A model generated the notes under the pieces. It did not search any database. It worked only from the letters and a program-made list of their open reading frames with translations, and was not told where the DNA came from. A stretch of DNA of 57,741 nt from NCBI GenBank assembly GCA_964625245.1, contig CAZVAN010000001.1, positions 1 through 57,741 of the forward strand, written 5' to 3'. Shown here one piece after another: positions 33,779 through 42,168 of the stretch. This DNA is from an uncultured Candidatus Saccharibacteria bacterium. Its GTDB lineage: Bacteria > Patescibacteriota > Saccharimonadia > Saccharimonadales > UBA10212. Position 1 is the stretch's first letter. Every line of letters begins with the position of its first letter. The translations under genes were made by a program, and so were the position numbers.

Positions 33779-36721
33779 TTAGGGCAATCTAGAATCGTCG
33801 AATTCGTTAACATAGGGATTTGTACATGTAAGGAAGAACCCTGGACTCCATGCCCCTACCCACCCAGTACCACTCCCCCATGAACCACTCAAGCCAGTTC
33901 GGAAATTAGAACCATATTGGGTATCCACGTGACAGCTTGTCGAACCAGAATCATCAACACCGCCGCCGGAAACAGATATAGAATAGCTTCCATCTCCACC
34001 ACACACTATCCATCGGTGGATGCCATCTGCACAGGGACCGGGGTTATAGGTAGCGCTGTTTCTGCAATACCATAAGTTATAATATCCTGTGCTTGAAGGA
34101 CATTGATTGGGTCCTTCATCCCAAATTGCTCCTCTATTGAAGGAGTTTTCCCGAATGGGTGGATGTATGGTGAAACATTGACTGGCGCCTGCGAGGAAAC
34201 CCCACGGATCAGCGCCGGAAGAAAACTGTACGCAGTAATTACCTACTCCTAAACCAACCGACCCACTGCTGCCTACCCAGCCTCCTGAACCAATTGACCC
34301 ACAATTAACCCCCGAGCAGTCGTGAAGGAGGTAGTAACCTCTGCCGGAGTTAGCGGGTGGACAAGAACCAGACCAACTAAAGCCACCTGATCCGTTACGG
34401 TTGTCATACGCAGATACGTTTGCGCTACAAGATGCATTGCCATTTTGTCCTGGGGCGTAGGGGGTAGCACACGCCTGATTACTGGCCAAAGCCCCCCAAG
34501 GTGTAAGGCTATCCGTTAAGGTCAAGCAGAACTGGCTGGTTCTAAGTCCAGGAGTTGTACCACTTCCGGTTCGGCTCGTAGAACTGAAGCCACCATCGGT
34601 ACTGCTTGTAACGCTGTAGGTACCAAGATTAACGTTACCAAGAGCTGGACAAGCACCGGACCAGGAGTAATTAACAGCAGCATCCTGATTGTCACTAGCG
34701 CTTACGCTAGCAGTGCAAGCAGGAGGCAGGATGGGACGAGGCCCTCCTCTGCTAAAGACAATTGTTTGTGGTCCCGAAGAGCGGCCTATTGGATCAAAAC
34801 ATTCTACTGTGAACGTTTTGGTTGAATCATCTTGAGGACCAATGCTCATGGTTTGATTCTGAGTAGCTATTGGAGCGCCGCTGGGGTTATTGTAGCTGGT
34901 AGTTGAGGTCCAGTTGCCGGTTAGGTCGCAGCGGCTGGCATTATTAGCCGACCAGCTAACAACATAAGGTGCGTCGGCAGAAATAGATGCCGGGCCGGAT
35001 ATTGAAGCTGCTGGTGTTGGCCAGGCAGTGACAGTTTGAGTACCACCGGCGTTATTGATGGTGGAATAAGGCGTATTACCACCACCTACCCTGCTACAAA
35101 GCATGCTGAAGCTTGTAACGCTTGAGATAGGACCAAAAGTTTGAGGACGACCGGTGCCATTAAGTGCTGGATTTCCAGTAAAGTCCATGACCGTAGTTTT
35201 ATCGGGCGGGCTGGCCCATCCAGGCATACCGCCGCTGGCCGTGCAAGAGGTAGCATCGGCGGTTGTCCATTTAAGGGTGACGTTATTGCCACTATCTATG
35301 TAGGTTGTGCCCTTGTGGGTGGCATCCGGGGTGGATTCGTTATAGTGCTTAGCCGTTCCATTGTTGGCTATAGCCGGGAAGAGAGGGGTCTCGTTGGCTG
35401 GGCCGGTGTTACCAGTAATGGTCAGATCCAGAGATGGAACGGGGTCGGATACGCAACCACTGCCAGCGCAGGCGCCGGCATCGTGACAAACGTTGGGAGG
35501 AGTATCAAAACTGACGTAGCTATAGAAGCTAACAGTCTGGACAACGCGCTTACAGAGCGCGTTGGCCGTACGGACTGATTGTTCTGGAATGGAATCACTA
35601 CTTGAGGAAATATTGGTATCTATGCCGCCACCTGTGGATGACAAGCTGCTGGTGTCTACCCTGGCCTGCAGGCGCTTGGCAACGCCACCTGATTGGGCAG
35701 TGGCGTCAATCACAGCCTGAACATTTATAAACTTAAGGGTTTGCGTCCATATGTCATTGGCCCGTATTTTTACATCAGCCTGGTTATAAATTGGCGTGAC
35801 TTTCATATATACATAATCCAGGGTGTTGGGAGATATTGAAGTGCTAAGGTCTTTAATAATCAGATTACAGGTGTAATCAGACTTGTTATTAGGCACACCG
35901 TTGAAATCAACCACTCCAGACGTAGTCCCAACCGTAGTTGTACAGCTAACCGGCAAAACGCTGCCGTCCGCAAGTGACGCGTAGGACGGGTGCGGTATGG
36001 TCCCGCTACCGCCACTGTTTTGGGGGTATAGAAACAACGTTTTAGAATTAGCCTGGAGATTTGTTAGGTCGCCGGTGGTAGGGATTGGATAAATACTGAC
36101 TCTTAACATTGGTATGAAGTTGTTGGCAGAGGAAGTCCAGCTAGTGATGTCAGTAAAGCTAGGGCTGTTGGGCGGATAGCCGGTGACGCTGGGGTTGCTA
36201 GGTTGCCAGGAGAGCATGAGTTTATCAAAAGAACCGCTGAAGGCCGAGGTAGTAACTTTCACCACCTGCGACTTATTAGAACTAATCTGCTGATAAGCCA
36301 AATCTGTTGGAGTAGGATCAAGTATTAGACAGGTGTAGTGAGTCGAGGCCGGGTTATCTTTAGCCAAGTTTGAGTCGTTATAAAATGGACCGGGTGTTTG
36401 GGCGTTGCCTATAAGGGTACTGGCGCCGTTACAGTTTGCAGAGCTGGCATACGGATGTAACAGCGCTCCGGTTGCCGGATCTTTTTGTCTTAAATAGCCC
36501 GCCACGTCATTAATGGCTGATTGGGTGGCATAAGTAGCCGCAGCACTAAATTGGCGATTGGTGGCATTGCTCAATGTGCGGCTCATTAGACGGGCGAAGC
36601 CAATACTTATAAGTGTTACCACTATAACAAGAATGGATACAACAACTATTGACGCCATACCCTCCTGAGACTTGCGGTGCATATGCCCAATTTTACTACG
36701 CTTGAACTTAAAATACACCAC
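33779..36721 (-). CDS. Large PilX-like pilus-associated protein / putative tip adhesin
   Basis: 980-aa ORF. N-terminus QEGMASIVVVSILVIVVTLISIGFARLM resembles the PilX N-terminal helix. The remainder is Ser/Thr/Gly/Cys-rich with repeated C..SA.DN......SWSG.CP modules. It is the last gene of the pilin block. Confidence 0.55.
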   Translation of the reverse strand: MVYFKFKRSKIGHMHRKSQEGMASIVVVSILVIVVTLISIGFARLMSRTLSNATNRQFSAAATYATQSAINDVAGYLRQKDPATGALLHPYASSANCNGASTLIGNAQTPGPFYNDSNLAKDNPASTHYTCLILDPTPTDLAYQQISSNKSQVVKVTTSAFSGSFDKLMLSWQPSNPSVTGYPPNSPSFTDITSWTSSANNFIPMLRVSIYPIPTTGDLTNLQANSKTLFLYPQNSGGSGTIPHPSYASLADGSVLPVSCTTTVGTTSGVVDFNGVPNNKSDYTCNLIIKDLSTSISPNTLDYVYMKVTPIYNQADVKIRANDIWTQTLKFINVQAVIDATAQSGGVAKRLQARVDTSSLSSTGGGIDTNISSSSDSIPEQSVRTANALCKRVVQTVSFYSYVSFDTPPNVCHDAGACAGSGCVSDPVPSLDLTITGNTGPANETPLFPAIANNGTAKHYNESTPDATHKGTTYIDSGNNVTLKWTTADATSCTASGGMPGWASPPDKTTVMDFTGNPALNGTGRPQTFGPISSVTSFSMLCSRVGGGNTPYSTINNAGGTQTVTAWPTPAASISGPASISADAPYVVSWSANNASRCDLTGNWTSTTSYNNPSGAPIATQNQTMSIGPQDDSTKTFTVECFDPIGRSSGPQTIVFSRGGPRPILPPACTASVSASDNQDAAVNYSWSGACPALGNVNLGTYSVTSSTDGGFSSTSRTGSGTTPGLRTSQFCLTLTDSLTPWGALASNQACATPYAPGQNGNASCSANVSAYDNRNGSGGFSWSGSCPPANSGRGYYLLHDCSGVNCGSIGSGGWVGSSGSVGLGVGNYCVQFSSGADPWGFLAGASQCFTIHPPIRENSFNRGAIWDEGPNQCPSSTGYYNLWYCRNSATYNPGPCADGIHRWIVCGGDGSYSISVSGGGVDDSGSTSCHVDTQYGSNFRTGLSGSWGSGTGWVGAWSPGFFLTCTNPYVNEFDDSRLP

Positions 36722-37461
36722 TAGTGTAATCCTCTGAAGACAGCAGTGTTGATTTGACTGACAGCACAGAATTCACCGCCCTTGGTGATTTTGCAAACAG
36801 GTGCCGTGGGGTTTGTCAGATCCATAAGATCATCATCGCCGTAGGCTACCACTATATTTACGTTGTAGATGTTCGGATTTTGGGTATTTGGGTTGGTGAT
36901 ACTTATATTGGATAACCTCATCTTCTCACCTAGCAACTCCGTAGGGTTATTCAACCTAAGGCTAGGCGGAGTACAAGCACCCAGGGGCACTGTGTCCGTG
37001 CATGGCGTGGCACAGGCCGAACTACCGGGCAGTACATCTTTGAGTACCCCAAAATTGCCTCCGGAGCCATTATATGGATGATTGGGCGCCGAATGATTTG
37101 GGGTTGCGCTAAGTCCTATTTCATAACCAAGATTATAGGTATAACGAGCATTGCCGATGCAGAAATAGCTATAGCCGCTAGCGCTATCGGTTTGCGGCGG
37201 TGAAACATTAGCCGCAGTCTGGAAATTACCGTCTATATCCTGAAAGATGTGAGTGGCAATTTCTTGGGTTTGAGCCAAGGAGACACCCTTATAGAAGATA
37301 TGGCCAATTTGTAAGAAGCCAGCCAGAGCAACCAGCAATATGATTGAGAAAACGGAGGTAGCAATTAAAAGCTCAACAATAGTAAACCCGCTAGGGTTCA
37401 TGCGAGACCTTGATAGGCTGAACTTGTGCCCAAAAACCCTTTTCATCTTAGCTATAATCAT
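36721..37461 (-). CDS. Minor type IV pilin (prepilin-type N-terminal cleavage/methylation domain)
   Basis: MNPSG|FTIVELLIATSVFSIILL has Glu at +5. The internal Met at 37401 would give a canonical 5-aa leader. The stop overlaps the downstream start. Confidence 0.72.
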   Translation of the reverse strand: MIIAKMKRVFGHKFSLSRSRMNPSGFTIVELLIATSVFSIILLVALAGFLQIGHIFYKGVSLAQTQEIATHIFQDIDGNFQTAANVSPPQTDSASGYSYFCIGNARYTYNLGYEIGLSATPNHSAPNHPYNGSGGNFGVLKDVLPGSSACATPCTDTVPLGACTPPSLRLNNPTELLGEKMRLSNISITNPNTQNPNIYNVNIVVAYGDDDLMDLTNPTAPVCKITKGGEFCAVSQINTAVFRGLH

Positions 37462-37492
37462 AAGCTATTTAAGACTGCTTTTCCAGAGGTAT

Positions 37493-38722
37493 TTAGTAGT
37501 GCTGTTTCGCGCCTTCCCTACACGTAGGCTGCCACTCAGACGGAAGCTGCAGACAGTAACTGTCGACCTTCTGGGGGTTAGGCGTGGGAGTTTGGATCCA
37601 GGCGTATTGCCCAATACTGCTATAGCAATCTTTTTGAAAGGTGGTACCCACTAGACCGCAAAATTTAGCAGACCGAGTAAAATCAAGGCCATCAAGCGCC
37701 AAAATGTTAAAAACTGAACCTATGACACAGTTACTGGTGTATGGTTTAGGGACTTCCTGACATAGTAACCAGGCGTTAGATTCAAGATCGCCGGCATCCT
37801 GGCCCTTAAGTAGTAAAGGCTGCCAAGCCTCCCCAGAAGCCGACAACCCTAAGCTCTCTACACAAACTCCTGCATTCGGCCCGGCTGCTACGCAAGCCTG
37901 AGCCGCCTTACGAAAGTCATTATTATATAAATTAAATAAGTAACCTTCTTGATTCATATAGCACTGGGTTACGTACTTTTCGGCAACGTTGTCGCACGGC
38001 GCCATGGGGTCAGTCTTAGAAAAGGTGCCATTGTCGGTTATTCTACTAACATAACCCCATTCGTTCTCCATAAATGCTCCTTGCCAGCAGCCAGTTTGAG
38101 CTATCTGGTTGCCAAATGCATCGCATTGGTCAAGAGCCGCGGTCAAATTGTAATCTACGTCTTCCATTATGGCGTGGCCGATGCCATGGTAGCAGAAATG
38201 TTTCTGGTTATATGTGTAGCTAGAGCTTGCAAGGATAGGCCGGCATAGCTCGTCAGCTAAACTGCTGGCCGAGCTGCCTTTAATTTGGTCCTCGGCCTCT
38301 TCTATATAGCCGTGCATACAGCCGTTATTAAAGTCGCTTCCACACCTTAAAAAGGCCTTGGTGTTCAATCCATTTGATAAAAATATTTGTTTTCCTACAT
38401 GGTGTGCTCGCAAATGATTATCGCCGGGTAAGTAATTGGCAATGTCGTGGACATAGTAATTTAAACTTGCCAGAGCTGCCTCCGGCCCCACATTTGCCGT
38501 TATGCTTTGCAGACCCTGGTCTATACATGCCTCCGTATAACACTGAGCCAGCCACTTGGTAGTTAGGGTCTTGATGAATCTATCGTCAGGCGAAGCCTGC
38601 GCGGCCGGATGACGAGCGTCAGCTAAATTAATGGCAAGGATGGCAACGACTATAGCCATTAAACCAAACAGGAACCTGCTGCGCTGCTTGGCTCTTAGCT
38701 TCAGCGACCCCAGTCCGATCAT
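37493..38722 (-). CDS. Secreted Cys-rich repeat protein, unknown function
   Basis: 409-aa ORF with a signal/anchor helix and then a recurring C-x-x-G-containing helical motif (CMHGYIE, CYHGIGHA, CWQGAFME, CVESLGL, CVIGSVF, CYSSIGQ). Confidence 0.5.
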   Translation of the reverse strand: MIGLGSLKLRAKQRSRFLFGLMAIVVAILAINLADARHPAAQASPDDRFIKTLTTKWLAQCYTEACIDQGLQSITANVGPEAALASLNYYVHDIANYLPGDNHLRAHHVGKQIFLSNGLNTKAFLRCGSDFNNGCMHGYIEEAEDQIKGSSASSLADELCRPILASSSYTYNQKHFCYHGIGHAIMEDVDYNLTAALDQCDAFGNQIAQTGCWQGAFMENEWGYVSRITDNGTFSKTDPMAPCDNVAEKYVTQCYMNQEGYLFNLYNNDFRKAAQACVAAGPNAGVCVESLGLSASGEAWQPLLLKGQDAGDLESNAWLLCQEVPKPYTSNCVIGSVFNILALDGLDFTRSAKFCGLVGTTFQKDCYSSIGQYAWIQTPTPNPQKVDSYCLQLPSEWQPTCREGAKQHY

Positions 38723-39579
38723 GTGTATAGTTTTAAGCTGTCAAGCACCGTCTGCCAGGTGGTGATGTTTTGAGTCCAATTATCCTCTGTTACCATCAGT
38801 GAAAAGTAGTAGATAGTGCCAGGACCAAGCACATAAACAAGCTTGCCTTTCATGGGCTTTATTGTCGGGTCGGCGTTAGTTATGTCCAGGTCAAAACTCC
38901 AGGCATTCTTCTTTATATTGGCATTGGTAAATTTATGAGGTGCACTGAGCGTTGCATCGTAGCCCGGGTAGCTGTCAAAAACTTGTTTTTTAATAGCGTC
39001 TATGTAGTCCGCGCTGTAAGAGTTTTTGACGGCCCCGGACATGAAATCGTTAATGCCCTTTATATACTCCGCATCGTTAGTGTGGCTGTCTTTATAAGAA
39101 AATACGAATATGTAGCTGAGCGGATAATTGCGCGAGCCAAAATGTGCAAAAGACTCAGTACTGTAGTTTTGGTCACTTTTTTTAGCTGTGGCGGTAAACT
39201 CCGACGGTTTTGAAAATAACATACCTCCGGCCTGCACGGTCGAAAATTCATCGCCGTTAGCATTTTGATAATTGTATTTAGTCACACTGCTCCCGCCGAC
39301 ATTGATCAATCCTGTAGTCAAAGTTAAGTAGCCTATAGTGCCGAGGATGGACGCTACTAATAATGTGATGATTAGAGGAACTTTCCTTGGCCTTTTGCTT
39401 TTTATACCAACAACAAGAGCTACTATTAATCCCAGTGGTGGGATTAATAGTGCAACAATAATGGCTAATATCGGAGATCTTTTGAGGTTCCTTATTGAAG
39501 AGCTTTTGGACGATGTGCTCGCACTAGTCACCGCCGGCTTGGCGGAATTGTTATTTTGGGGATTGGACGTTGGGGTCAT
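38719..39579 (-). CDS. Membrane protein, unknown function
   Basis: 286-aa ORF with a Ser/Thr-rich N-terminus, two TM helices and an extracytoplasmic domain. It overlaps the downstream gene by 4 nt. Confidence 0.5.
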   Translation of the reverse strand: MTPTSNPQNNNSAKPAVTSASTSSKSSSIRNLKRSPILAIIVALLIPPLGLIVALVVGIKSKRPRKVPLIITLLVASILGTIGYLTLTTGLINVGGSSVTKYNYQNANGDEFSTVQAGGMLFSKPSEFTATAKKSDQNYSTESFAHFGSRNYPLSYIFVFSYKDSHTNDAEYIKGINDFMSGAVKNSYSADYIDAIKKQVFDSYPGYDATLSAPHKFTNANIKKNAWSFDLDITNADPTIKPMKGKLVYVLGPGTIYYFSLMVTEDNWTQNITTWQTVLDSLKLYT

Positions 39580-39636
39580 TTTTCTTCCTTTTCTTAAGTA
39601 TAAAGTTGCTCATTTATAAGCACAAGCATATTTCAT

Positions 39637-41355
39637 CTATAGACAAACCCGAGCTATATGCAGTAATGGCAGCGATCTTGGTAGCCCATAAATTGAAGCG
39701 AAAGTTGGATAGGTAATCTTGCCCGGAGTGATGTTGATTCCGCAAGGACATCCAGGCACACAGTAACCGCTCTGGTAGGAACCGGTGTAGGTGGTGGTGT
39801 AGGTGCCGACATAACCGCCGGTATAACCCCCGGTATAACCCCCGGTATAACCCCCGGTATAACTGCCGGTGTAGGAGCCGGTGTAACCGCCGGTGTAGGA
39901 GCCGGTGTAACTACCAGTGTAGGAGCCGGTGTAGGAAGCTGGTGGCGGAGGCCCTGTGCTAAAGGCAGTTCCATTAGAGCAGACTGTACCCCCCACATTT
40001 GTGGCGCAAAGTTTAAAGTAGTAGGTTACGCTGGAGCCGAGACTAACACCGGCGCTTACCGTACCACCTGCTGTAGGATTACAATCAATTGAACTACCAC
40101 TTGAGGGGACGGTATTGCCATCGTTATAAGACGAGGTGCCATACCAGAATTTACAATAGCTCAAAGGGTAACCGTTAGGATTGGCTGAGCCATTGAGGGT
40201 GGCTGAATTATAAGTAACTGATGATGCCGAACCGGCGGATACTGATGGTAACGACAGCGTGGTAAAAGTAGCGTCGGCTCCACAAGTGGTTCCGCCAACA
40301 TTGTTGGCGCATATTCGGAAATGATAGACAATTCCCATACTAAGGCTGCCGATACTACTACTTGAAGCTACAGGGGCCAGTCCTGAGCCTGCAGAAGAGG
40401 TAGAACTAGTAGAACCGTAGGATGTAGAAGTGCCATACTGGAAGTAGTAGGTGCTAGCCAGTCCGCTAGGGTTGACGGTTCCATTAAGTGTTGCTGAGTT
40501 AATAGTTACGGAGGTAGCTGAGCCAGTAGCAACAACTGGAGCCGGAGCCGCTCCAACGGTAACGTGGGCGACGGCGGGGGTTGTAACAGTACTATCAATT
40601 CCTACGCACGTTAGGGTAAAATCGGTCGTTGAGGTTAGCGGACCAATGTTGCCAGGTGTACCGCCAATCGGGTTGCTAAGAGGTTTAGAGCCGCTCCAAG
40701 GACCGGCCGTTGCCGAGCAGCTGGTGGCGTATACTGTGCTCCAGCTAAGGTTAGATGAACCGTTGTAGTTAATCGATGCTGGCGAGGCTATGAAATTGTT
40801 TATCTGTGGGGGTGGTGGTGGAGTGGTGGTGCCAGCGTTGGGTGAGGCCGTTGAGTTTGGAGTAGAAACATAGCTGTCATTAGCCTTGTAGTAAACGACT
40901 GTTTGCTCTGGGTGATTATCGGCTGAGGTCCAGCCGACCACAATTTTGAAGGTTTTACATGGAGTGGCGGGAGTTGCGCTAGTACAGTCGGTGCCGTAGG
41001 TATCGGTAACCGAGAAGTTACCATTAGCGCTATTATCGATTATTGAGGCCGGGCAGCTTCCAACCGCTACTGCAAGAGTGCCATCAGACTTCAAGCAAAA
41101 GTTACCGGTTTGTGCTGTGAGATTGCTTATGGTCGAGTGATTGTCGGCATTTTTAATCAGCTCTAGCTGTTGTTGAGCCACTGAGACAGCTTGGTCACGG
41201 TATTGAGAGTCTACGCTGGAATGAAGGCTACGGGTAGAAGTTGCATAGGCAACGGTTATAACTATGGTGAGGACGGCCATGCTTATCATAACCTCAACTA
41301 TAGTGTCGCCTAGTTGACCGAGGTTACGTTTTCTAAAAAGGTTAAGGCTTTTCAT
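39637..41355 (-). CDS. Giant pilin-like adhesin (paralog 1) with FN3-like modules and a (G/S)YTG repeat tail
   Basis: 572-aa ORF. The prepilin-like N-terminus LGQLG|DTIVEVMISMAVLTIV has Glu at +5 but Asp at +1. It carries two ...SATLNG..NPNG....F.YGT...YG... modules and a C-terminal ~14x (G/S)YTG tract. Confidence 0.7.
   Translation of the reverse strand: MKSLNLFRKRNLGQLGDTIVEVMISMAVLTIVITVAYATSTRSLHSSVDSQYRDQAVSVAQQQLELIKNADNHSTISNLTAQTGNFCLKSDGTLAVAVGSCPASIIDNSANGNFSVTDTYGTDCTSATPATPCKTFKIVVGWTSADNHPEQTVVYYKANDSYVSTPNSTASPNAGTTTPPPPPQINNFIASPASINYNGSSNLSWSTVYATSCSATAGPWSGSKPLSNPIGGTPGNIGPLTSTTDFTLTCVGIDSTVTTPAVAHVTVGAAPAPVVATGSATSVTINSATLNGTVNPSGLASTYYFQYGTSTSYGSTSSTSSAGSGLAPVASSSSIGSLSMGIVYHFRICANNVGGTTCGADATFTTLSLPSVSAGSASSVTYNSATLNGSANPNGYPLSYCKFWYGTSSYNDGNTVPSSGSSIDCNPTAGGTVSAGVSLGSSVTYYFKLCATNVGGTVCSNGTAFSTGPPPPASYTGSYTGSYTGSYTGGYTGSYTGSYTGGYTGGYTGGYTGGYVGTYTTTYTGSYQSGYCVPGCPCGINITPGKITYPTFASIYGLPRSLPLLHIARVCL
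39775..39937 (-). repeat. 12-nt tandem repeat tract encoding (G/S)YTG
   Basis: Plus strand shows iterated CCGGTGTA/CCGGTATA + 4 nt units (for example ggtataacccccggtataacccccggtataaccccc). It also produces an artefactual PTPA/VIPG shadow ORF (39654-39998). Confidence 0.85.
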
Positions 41356-41603
41356 TGGTCTATTTTAATACTATTAATAAACGTAGTCCACTGTTCGACA
41401 TTATTGTCCCAGGGGCCATAATTTTTCTGACTTGCTCATTAATTATCTGCATTCCAGTTGCGCCTTGTTTGGTTAAAGATTTCTAATAATTCCCGTGCCA
41501 TATTTAAATCCTTACGCTTAATAGTAAACAAAATGTGAATTTATTGCCATAAGTTCTCATTTTGCCTTCATGCTATGATTAACATGATAAAGAATGAGCT
41601 TAT

Positions 41604-42155
41604 ATGACACTAGGTAGACCATTCTCAGGTTATAGAGCGCTGGCCGGGTTAATTATTGCAATATTGTTGTTGGTTGGCGCAGGATATTTGCTTTTTAATC
41701 ACACCGACAAAAAACTCACACCCGCCAACCCTCAAAATACCGCTGTAACAAGTATTAACAAGCTTGTTGTTAAAGATTTGGGCGTCGAGATTACTCTATC
41801 CAACCCGCTTATTGGCACAACTACCGATACCACTACCCCGCCTAGCTCAACTAAATCCACACCTCTCCCAATTACAAATTTTAGACTGATTCAATATTCG
41901 TATCTGGTTCAAAAATGCTTGGACGCTAAGTACAATTTCAGGACTCCTTATGCTAGCTTTTCAAAAATATCTGGCAAAGCAGCGACGGGTGATGCGCAGC
42001 TAATGAAACAGTTCAACGGATTTTATATCGAGCGGATTGGCGCTGGTTTAAAGTTAACTTGCAAAGACCAAACTACTCAGGCATCTTTGGATGACCTAAA
42101 TATTAAATATGACCAAGCGCTTAAAGATGCTTTTGCCAGCGCCCAGCCGATTTAA
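41604..42155 (+). CDS. Membrane-anchored hypothetical protein on the opposite strand, splitting the pilin block
   Basis: 183-aa ORF with an N-terminal TM helix. It is convergent with the upstream pilin-like gene (13-nt gap). Confidence 0.5.
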   Translation: MTLGRPFSGYRALAGLIIAILLLVGAGYLLFNHTDKKLTPANPQNTAVTSINKLVVKDLGVEITLSNPLIGTTTDTTTPPSSTKSTPLPITNFRLIQYSYLVQKCLDAKYNFRTPYASFSKISGKAATGDAQLMKQFNGFYIERIGAGLKLTCKDQTTQASLDDLNIKYDQALKDAFASAQPI

Positions 42156-42168
42156 ATTTTGACTTAGA

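Noticed and set aside
39654-39998. 114-aa ORF with PTPAPT/VIPG repeats.
   Set aside because: It is an alternative-frame reading of the 12-nt (G/S)YTG repeat tract inside the 572-aa pilin-like gene, and is a frame artefact.
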